Source of the DNA: a bacterium
Lineage (GTDB): Bacteria > Patescibacteriota > Minisyncoccia > Phycocordibacterales > CAIZIN01
DNA length: 64,000 nt
Direction: 5' to 3'
NCBI GenBank assembly: GCA_037131675.1
Contig: JBAXQO010000001.1
Location: forward strand, 25,795-89,794
Shown here: in pieces, positions 58,108-64,000 of the stretch
Layout: each line of letters opens with the position of its first letter
How positions within the stretch are numbered: position 1 is the first letter of the stretch
Position numbers and translations under genes: made by a program
The notes under the pieces: generated by a model
Told to the model about the DNA's origin: nothing
Seen by the model: only the letters and a program-made list of their open reading frames with translations
The model's database searches: none

Positions 58108-58210
58108 AAATTCAATTATAGACCAAAAAGTGACAAAAGTGACACTTTTTAAGACATTTAGAACTTCTGTATTGCTATTATAATAATCCTTGGTAGAGTA
58201 CTTATCTAAA

Positions 58211-58369
58211 CGGGTTGTAGCTCAGTCAAGACGTCCCAACAATGTCTTGGAGAAACTGACTAAGTACGAAGGCGTGGTCGACCACGTTTAGGAAATAAAT
58301 CAGTTCTTTGGTTAGAGCACTGGAATGGGGTTCCAGGGGTCTCAGGTTCAAATCCTGACAACCCGACCA
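58211..58369 (+). tRNA. tRNA-Pro (GGG) interrupted by an ~80-nt insertion in the D-loop
   Basis: Acceptor CGGGTTG/CAACCCG followed by A-CCA; D stem GCTC(58220)/GAGC(58315); anticodon arm CTGGA-ATGGGGT-TCCAG; T arm TCAGG-TTCAAAT-CCTGA. Confidence 0.88.
58227..58307 (+). other. tRNA D-loop intron-like insertion (probable divergent copy 4 of the element family)
   Basis: Hairpins CAAGAC/GTCTTG, AACTGA/TCAGTT and GGCGTGG/CCACGTT; GTACGAAGGCGTGGTCGACC resembles the rpsI element GTACGAGGCGGGGTCGCGACC. Exact borders uncertain. Confidence 0.65.
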
Positions 58370-58393
58370 CTTCTTTATGAAGTGGTCTTTCGT

Positions 58394-58951
58394 TTATATA
58401 CTGTAAACCATATATTCACCTTCTTGTAATGTAAGTAATTCAAAATCAATACCAACTTTATCAAGCTTACCTTCATATTCTTTTTTGTAATGAGGAATAA
58501 TTTTGATTGGTAAAATACTAAGACCTTCTACTATTTGATCAGTTTTAGGACTATAAAAGAGTTTACACAAGACATTTGCTCCCGCTGATTCTCCCACGAC
58601 AACTTTCCCTTTTAATGAGTCTTGTAATTCTGGATAATTTTTAAGAACTTTAAGTAGGTTTAAGCTTGTTCCGCCTTGAAAAAATATAACATCTGATAAC
58701 TCTATTTGTTTTATAAAAGACCCTTCTTTAGCTATTTAAAAATTGAGATTTTTATCTTCATTATTTTTTTTAAATTTAGTCATAATCTTCTCTGTTGTTA
58801 TAGGTATTCGTTCAATAGCTTTAGCAAAAGGAACAATTAATATGGAAGATTCTTTTGGCACTTCTCTTAAAATTTCTATATAAAAATTACTATCGTTTTC
58901 TTCTAACTTTTCAGGATTTAATCCTCCATGAAGAATAAACTTAGTTTTCAT
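58394..58951 (-). pseudogene. Peptidase E / S51 (class I GATase-like) interrupted by one in-frame TAA
   Basis: ORF 58736-58951 continues in frame past TAA (58736-38): IAKEGSF..DVIFFQGG..GESAGA..IIPHY. Confidence 0.8.
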
Positions 58952-58956
58952 ATATT

Positions 58957-59388
58957 TTAATTAAACAATTTGATATCGTCCTCATCCAACATCTGAAAAA
59001 GGGTTGTTTCTGAAGGATCAAGACCTAATCTAAGACATTCACCATCAAACCATTCACCACCATCTTCATCTCCATGGTAAGTCATTTTATTCATATCTTC
59101 AGACCATTTAGCAATTTCCTGATCTGTTTTTTGACTACCTGTATTTTTTACAAAAGCTACCAGATCCTCATCAGTAGCTCCTTCAGTAACTTTAATCTTA
59201 AAAGCCTCAGCATCGACTTTCATAAAGTTAAATAAGTATTGATCAAGTTCACAACCAAACTCGTACTCGCCCACCTGATCGGCAATTTCAGCACGACACT
59301 TATCTATCGCTCTCGCCAAAATTACAAAACCTCCTAATTTTTCATGTGGCGATCGGGGAGATTCTTTTGTAAGGTTTTTTATCTGCAT
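58957..59388 (-). CDS. DUF5069-like protein
   Basis: PRSPHEKLGGFVILARAIDKCRA, GEYEFGCELD. Confidence 0.75.
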   Translation of the reverse strand: MQIKNLTKESPRSPHEKLGGFVILARAIDKCRAEIADQVGEYEFGCELDQYLFNFMKVDAEAFKIKVTEGATDEDLVAFVKNTGSQKTDQEIAKWSEDMNKMTYHGDEDGGEWFDGECLRLGLDPSETTLFQMLDEDDIKLFN

Positions 59389-59398
59389 CTTGATTTAA

Positions 59399-59542
59399 TT
59401 ATTCATATGTACTCCAAATAATAGGAAGTGTTGGAATGATACAAAGATACCAAGTTGTCTTTATTGTATTTGTAGATGTATCGGTTTCTTTCTTCCAATA
59501 CAATCCTATCCAGAAATCTTGTTTTACGAATTTGATTTTCAT
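59399..59542 (-). CDS. 47-aa hypothetical protein (not in the ORF track)
   Basis: MKIKFVKQDFWIGLYWKK...WYLCIIPTLPIIWSTYE; fills the gap in a tightly packed operon. Confidence 0.6.
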   Translation of the reverse strand: MKIKFVKQDFWIGLYWKKETDTSTNTIKTTWYLCIIPTLPIIWSTYE

Positions 59543-59556
59543 ATTAATAATTTATA

Positions 59557-59988
59557 TTAAATGTTATAAAAAGCTTGTATACAAAAGTCTTCGTCTTGAA
59601 TAAGATCCAGCTCCAAAGATTCTTGCGGAGTTTTCCATATAGAATCTTTATGTTCATTTGGATTTATATTCAAGGTAGGTTTTGTTTCTACTGGTAAGTG
59701 GAATATATGATACGTAAAATCATAATCTGGATATCTAACGTAAAACTTATCAAAGTATTTGAATTGATGAGATTCTGCCGATATTCCAGTTTCTTCGTTT
59801 ATCTCTCTAATTATGGCGGTTAGTAAATCCTCACCCTTGTCTATTTTTCCTGCTGGTACACCCCACGTATTTCCTTGTGGTTTTGAATCTTGTCGGTGAA
59901 GTAATAGGATTTCCGATTCATGTTCAATGAAACAGCTAACGACTTCAAACTTTTCCTTAAAATCTTCAGGTTTATCTTTGAGGATCAT
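59557..59988 (-). CDS. Nudix hydrolase
   Basis: PAGKIDKGEDLLTAIIREINEETGI. Confidence 0.9.
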   Translation of the reverse strand: MILKDKPEDFKEKFEVVSCFIEHESEILLLHRQDSKPQGNTWGVPAGKIDKGEDLLTAIIREINEETGISAESHQFKYFDKFYVRYPDYDFTYHIFHLPVETKPTLNINPNEHKDSIWKTPQESLELDLIQDEDFCIQAFYNI

Positions 59989-59991
59989 AGC

Positions 59992-60378
59992 TTAAGTTTT
60001 TATTTTACCAATCAATTCTTCTGGATCATTATAAAAAATCACATCTTTGGCAACACCTTTAAGAGTACTAGAAATATCTGAACCTTCTTTTGCTATAACA
60101 ATAATAGGTTTCTGTTTAGCATACGCGTAGCCGGCTTCAATACCTAACCCAACTCCTTTTTCTGAGAACTCAATAATAAGCAAATCAGACAGATCTATTT
60201 CTTTAAAGGTTTTCTCCATAAGTTCATCTGGAGTAAAAACTACTTCTCCCCATTTTTCATAATCACGTGCCATGGAAACCGTTTCCATTCCGAGACGACC
60301 TAAAACACTAGAAATACTTTCAATAGTTTCTCTATTGGAGTTGTCTTCTTTAAATTTGATAGCTAGGTAGGCTTTCAT
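59992..60378 (-). CDS. Nucleoside 2-deoxyribosyltransferase-like protein
   Basis: AYLA, GVGLGIEAGYAYAKQKPII. Confidence 0.8.
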   Translation of the reverse strand: MKAYLAIKFKEDNSNRETIESISSVLGRLGMETVSMARDYEKWGEVVFTPDELMEKTFKEIDLSDLLIIEFSEKGVGLGIEAGYAYAKQKPIIVIAKEGSDISSTLKGVAKDVIFYNDPEELIGKIKT

Positions 60379-60388
60379 GTTTTTAAAT

Positions 60389-61132
60389 TTAAATACTCAT
60401 TAATTCAACAATTAACTGTTTATTCTTCGACTTATGATCACGCAATACTGATAAATACTCTTCTCGTGTAAAAACCTTGAGTGATTTAATGTCCTGATCT
60501 TTGTTTTCTTTCTTAAACCTTTCTATAAGCTCTTCCGATGAAACTTTTAATACGGTTTCGAAATAGAATCCTATTCCTGTCATAGTCCCCAAATACACAC
60601 CTCTCAAATACATCTCTTCAATATCGGTTTTTTTAATGCAGGCCTCTTCTTCCAGTTCAACATACATAGAATTAAAAACATCATCTCTTGTCGCCATTTC
60701 CATTGGTTTTTCCATCATACCACCTATGAAATCTACAACGTTCATGTTCATAGATTTTCCCGATAACTCAACCATTAGGTAACAACCATCTGCGGTTCTT
60801 ACTGTGGAATGATTGAAACATTGTTTTATATAAAAACTTTCTGACAAAGTAAAATATTCAGGAATAGATGTTAACCCTGCCACAGCTTTAAATTCTACAG
60901 GTCCAAAGTCTAAAAAGAGTTTATTCTCTTTCTTTTCCAAAGAATTTAGTCTGTACGGAGTTCCATTGTAACAAACTCTTCCATCTTCTTTAGCTTTCTT
61001 TAATTTAGCTTCCCAGATTGTATCAATCTTGTTTTCAATGACGGGATTAATTTTTCTAGTTGATTCACCTAAAGAAACCACCAAATCATCAGGTTTGAAT
61101 TTACCGAGGGCTAGGGTTTCTGGGGTTTTCAT
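60389..61132 (-). CDS. Divergent Nudix-fold protein
   Basis: DFIGGMME...ELEEEACI degenerate Nudix box. Confidence 0.55.
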   Translation of the reverse strand: MKTPETLALGKFKPDDLVVSLGESTRKINPVIENKIDTIWEAKLKKAKEDGRVCYNGTPYRLNSLEKKENKLFLDFGPVEFKAVAGLTSIPEYFTLSESFYIKQCFNHSTVRTADGCYLMVELSGKSMNMNVVDFIGGMMEKPMEMATRDDVFNSMYVELEEEACIKKTDIEEMYLRGVYLGTMTGIGFYFETVLKVSSEELIERFKKENKDQDIKSLKVFTREEYLSVLRDHKSKNKQLIVELMSI

Positions 61133-61452
61133 ATATTTTCTAAATTATATACATCCAAAGCCACCTCATCATATGGGTGAACTTCTTTAATGGCTTTAAT
61201 TACTTCTTCCAATTTTTTTCTTGGACAAACAGTTTCGATCCTTTCTTCAACCACTTCTTCAAACTTTCCGACTTCACCAATATGAGGATTTGCTCCAATA
61301 TCAGGTCTAAATCTTCCAATACCCTTTGTAGAGAAAGTGCAGTAAGAGTAATTACCGATTTTACCTGCACCAGCTTTACCCATGGCTTCACGAACTATGT
61401 CTGTGTGGGTTTCTGGGACAAAAACGACAACTTTTACGTTTTTTGAATTCAT
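61129..61452 (-). CDS. YqfO/NIF3-associated PII-like protein
   Basis: KVVVFVPE, AGAGKIGNYSYCTF, HPYDEVA. Confidence 0.85.
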   Translation of the reverse strand: MNSKNVKVVVFVPETHTDIVREAMGKAGAGKIGNYSYCTFSTKGIGRFRPDIGANPHIGEVGKFEEVVEERIETVCPRKKLEEVIKAIKEVHPYDEVALDVYNLENI

Positions 61453-61455
61453 AGA

Positions 61456-62049
61456 TTAAAGTTTAGAAACTAATCTCTTTACTACCTCTAAATATTCTTC
61501 TTGTCCAATCTTGTGTTCAGCTCCTCTAGCAACACTTAAATGATTGTCTTGTAATTTCTTCTTCGCGTCTTTCGCCCTAGCTATACAAGATTCATCTTCT
61601 TTTTCTCCAACAATCAGGTATGTTTTAGTTTTAATCTTTTGAGCAATTTTCGTAAATGAATAATCACTCTCTATAAAGTTCTTTCTCCACCATCTAACCC
61701 ATGCTGGCTTTAGGTTTATTAAATCTTCTTCAAAGAAAGGTGAGAGTGAACAGAGGATAAGAGCTTTTGGTTTTGTTTTAGTTGCAGTTAATAAAGCAAT
61801 CATTGCTCCGTAAGAAAATCCTAGGATATAGGTTTCTGTATTTTTTTGATTTTTATACACTTTTAAAAACTGTTCAGTATAATCATCAAATCGGTTTGGA
61901 TTATTGTGTTTCCAGTCTATTTCGACATGTATTGGCGTAACTCCAGATTCTTCAAAAAGTTTTGCAACTTTATTGTATCCTCGCTGTTTTAAATGAGATT
62001 CGTTATATCCTGGAATTATATATGCGATTTTTAGTTTTTTTGAATCCAT
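61456..62049 (-). CDS. Alpha/beta hydrolase
   Basis: GFSYG nucleophile elbow; GEKED, AEH. Confidence 0.8.
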   Translation of the reverse strand: MDSKKLKIAYIIPGYNESHLKQRGYNKVAKLFEESGVTPIHVEIDWKHNNPNRFDDYTEQFLKVYKNQKNTETYILGFSYGAMIALLTATKTKPKALILCSLSPFFEEDLINLKPAWVRWWRKNFIESDYSFTKIAQKIKTKTYLIVGEKEDESCIARAKDAKKKLQDNHLSVARGAEHKIGQEEYLEVVKRLVSKL

Positions 62050-62065
62050 TGTTTTTATAATTTAT

Positions 62066-62668
62066 CTAAATTAAAGGTATTGAATATTTCTCAGGATTTT
62101 TAATTAAATCTTTGAGCTCCTCAAGCTTGTCCTGCATGAGCATATCTTCAATGAAACGAGGACGATGAAACAATTCTCGTTTTCGTGTCATCTCAACAGG
62201 TTTTTCTAAGGAAACTTTTACCACCTCATTTTTCTCTCCCGGATCAAGTTTCTTTTCTTTTTCACCTCGATATCCAGAAGCAACAAAAGTGTAAGCAAAC
62301 CATTCAACTGCGGGTGTACTGGTTTCTATGTGAACGAGACAATAATTATCGAAAATAAGACCCGTTTCCTCCTCGAGCTCTCGTCGCGCAGCAGTTTCCA
62401 AATCTTCGTCATCATTTACCATACCTGCCACAAGTGTGTAGCCAGGATTGTCCCAGTGAGGCTGTTGTTCTTTTACTAAGGCTATCTCTCCATCAATAAT
62501 CGGAATAACTATAACCGTATCGTTTCTCTTCACGATTTCAAAAGTTGAAACAGAACCATCAAATTGTTTCTGTTGCCATTGATATGTATCGAATCGAACA
62601 CCCTTAAAAACCCTCTCGGCATTTTCAGAATGTAGTTTTATATTTGGGGGAAGGGGTCGGTTTTTCAT
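62066..62668 (-). CDS. Nudix hydrolase (ADP-ribose pyrophosphatase-like)
   Basis: AGMVNDDEDLETAARRELEEETG; LDPGE. Confidence 0.88.
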   Translation of the reverse strand: MKNRPLPPNIKLHSENAERVFKGVRFDTYQWQQKQFDGSVSTFEIVKRNDTVIVIPIIDGEIALVKEQQPHWDNPGYTLVAGMVNDDEDLETAARRELEEETGLIFDNYCLVHIETSTPAVEWFAYTFVASGYRGEKEKKLDPGEKNEVVKVSLEKPVEMTRKRELFHRPRFIEDMLMQDKLEELKDLIKNPEKYSIPLI

Positions 62669-62688
62669 ATTAATATGAGAATAATTAT

Positions 62689-62731
62689 AAACCAAATCAG
62701 AAGCTTAGGATATAAGCTTCTGATTTGGTTT
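62689..62731. terminator. 19-bp hairpin downstream of tRNA-Gln
   Basis: AAACCAAATCAGAAGCTTA / TAAGCTTCTGATTTGGTTT. Confidence 0.75.
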
Positions 62732-62767
62732 GCTCTGAAGTGTCTTGAGCTAGCACGAGTCGCTTAT

Positions 62768-62796
62768 ATTATGACACGACCTATGCTAGCTGTCAA
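62768..62796 (-). promoter_or_regulatory. Near-consensus promoter embedded in an inverted repeat
   Basis: TTGACA-17 nt-CATAAT on the minus strand. Confidence 0.65.
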
Positions 62797-62799
62797 TAG

Positions 62800-62870
62800 C
62801 TGCGGGACTTGGACTCGAACCAAGATACACGGTACCAAAAACCGTAGTCCTACCATTAGACGATCCCGCA
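62800..62870 (-). tRNA. tRNA-Gln (TTG); 3' CCA not encoded
   Basis: Acceptor TGCGGGA/TCCCGCA, G73; anticodon arm ACGGT-TTTTGGT-ACCGT; T arm CTTGG-TTCGAGT-CCAAG. Confidence 0.92.
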
Positions 62871-62968
62871 ATGTGTTCTGAGATAATACTAGAAAACAGC
62901 ACAAAAAGAAAGGGGGTTAAAAAATAAAACCACCTCAATTCCTTTTTAGGAACAAGGTGGTAAAAACA

Positions 62969-63409
62969 TTAAGTAAGACTGAGTACGATAGGTTCAGATA
63001 ACTGACGAAGTCTCAGTCCTTCTGTAAGTAACCGACAAGTAATCCCAAAAATCCCAATACCATCTTCTTCAACTCCAGCAGAACAAAGGCTGCTCAGATG
63101 ACAACGGATGTTTCCCAAATCTTCTTCCGTAATAGGAACATCTTCACTCGATGCTCCCCAAACGCAAATCACAAGCAGTAGACAAATTATATCGAACTCC
63201 TGTGCAAAGCGAGAGTATTCAAAAACACCAATTTCTTTACACTCAACCATTCGCCTCATTTCACGGTAACGTTCCAATAATATTTTTTGGACACATTCTT
63301 GTTGCAAGTCTTTGAAACTGGGTAAATCTTCAAAGAAACAGCCCCAGATACAAAGATGTGTTTCTACAATTCTCTGCATAGCTTCTTTATGGTTCATTAC
63401 AAAAAACAT
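62969..63409 (-). CDS. Hypothetical protein
   Basis: 146-aa ORF followed by a terminator-like hairpin at about 62927-62965. Confidence 0.4.
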   Translation of the reverse strand: MFFVMNHKEAMQRIVETHLCIWGCFFEDLPSFKDLQQECVQKILLERYREMRRMVECKEIGVFEYSRFAQEFDIICLLLVICVWGASSEDVPITEEDLGNIRCHLSSLCSAGVEEDGIGIFGITCRLLTEGLRLRQLSEPIVLSLT

Positions 63410-63453
63410 CTCTTTCTGGAAAAAAGATTAACACTTTTCTAAATTTTGTCTAA

Positions 63454-64000
63454 CTATTTCTCTTCTCCTAATAGTCGTATGAGTACAAGCTCAAGTGGAA
63501 GTTCTGGAAGAGCAGCTATACCCATTTCTTCGCGGACGTGCAAAAATTCTGCCACAGCCTGTGAAGAAACTCCAGACTTCACATCTTTTGCTTTTTCTTC
63601 TAAATATACAAATTCATCATCCCCTACTTCTTCTCTAATATTTGGATGCATATTTTTAGAATACCGCACCAAAAGTGCAAAACGAAGGGTTCGAAGAACA
63701 AGGTCTAAATATGTAACAACAGAAAGATTAAGTTCTTTTATTTTCTGCACTACCGACAACGCTCCGTCTAAATCTTTTGTGGCAAGTGCATCAATAAGTG
63801 AATGAATGTGTTCTTTGCCTGGTGCACCTAGAGCCCTACGCACTTCTTCGTCATCTATTTTCTTATCCTTTAACATCCCAAGTACTTTCTGAAGAGTACC
63901 TAGCGTGTCACGGAATGAACCATCACCCATAAGTGCCACAAGCTCTGCAGATGTTTTTGAAATTGTAAATCCCTCTGCTTTTGTTACATCCAACACTTGC
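63454..64000 (-). CDS. dnaX: DNA polymerase III subunit gamma/tau, C-terminal part (5' end outside the window)
   Basis: AEG..I....ELVA..GDGSFRDTLGTL clamp-loader motif; LPLELVLI terminus. Confidence 0.8.
   Translation of the reverse strand, partial: QVLDVTKAEGFTISKTSAELVALMGDGSFRDTLGTLQKVLGMLKDKKIDDEEVRRALGAPGKEHIHSLIDALATKDLDGALSVVQKIKELNLSVVTYLDLVLRTLRFALLVRYSKNMHPNIREEVGDDEFVYLEEKAKDVKSGVSSQAVAEFLHVREEMGIAALPELPLELVLIRLLGEEK

Noticed and set aside
62785-62796. TTGACAGCTAGC identical to the start of synthetic Anderson promoter J23119 (as I recall it)
   Set aside because: Identity stops after 12 nt and the context is native; not vector contamination.
1-64000. CRISPR array, IS transposase, integrase or prophage
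   Set aside because: No regularly spaced repeats and no recognisable cas, transposase, recombinase or phage structural gene cluster.

Overview
AT-rich chromosomal segment of a reduced-genome bacterium, most likely Patescibacteria/CPR (Parcubacteria-like). This is inferred from the infA-rpmJ-rpsM-rpsK-rpsD-rpoA-rplQ-rplM-rpsI-grpE-dnaK-dnaJ order, the short L13 and AlaRS, the Nudix-fused LeuRS, and many near-leaderless genes; the genetic code is standard code 11. Core genes lie mostly on the minus strand. Four tRNA genes are present: Trp-CCA, Ser-ACT, Pro-GGG (with an ~80-nt D-loop insertion) and Gln-TTG. The most striking unexplained signal is a family of tiny (about 80-185 nt) structured insertions at the 3' ends of grpE, rpsI and tRNA-Ser, plus a more divergent one inside tRNA-Pro. 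In the three clear copies the insert is flanked by a duplicated host sequence and contains an internal inverse complement of that sequence, a covarying RCCGGA-stem-GAGGY helix and a third hairpin; removing it restores an intact gene. This suggests an undescribed mini-intron or mobile element family. Other highlights: a Trp-centred island (two divergent TrpRS, an atypical tRNA-Trp, a chorismate mutase-methyltransferase fusion, GNATs, a kinase and an MccF-like peptidase); a TrpR/YerC-like gene whose His-His-His tail forms a classical attenuator; an A34 tRNA-Ser; GC-richer orphan metabolic genes (asd, leuCD, PAICS-like purC-purE, AhcY-like), several with boxA-like leaders; and a Nudix-rich operon. 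All calls were made by eye from motifs; no database searches or folding programs were run.
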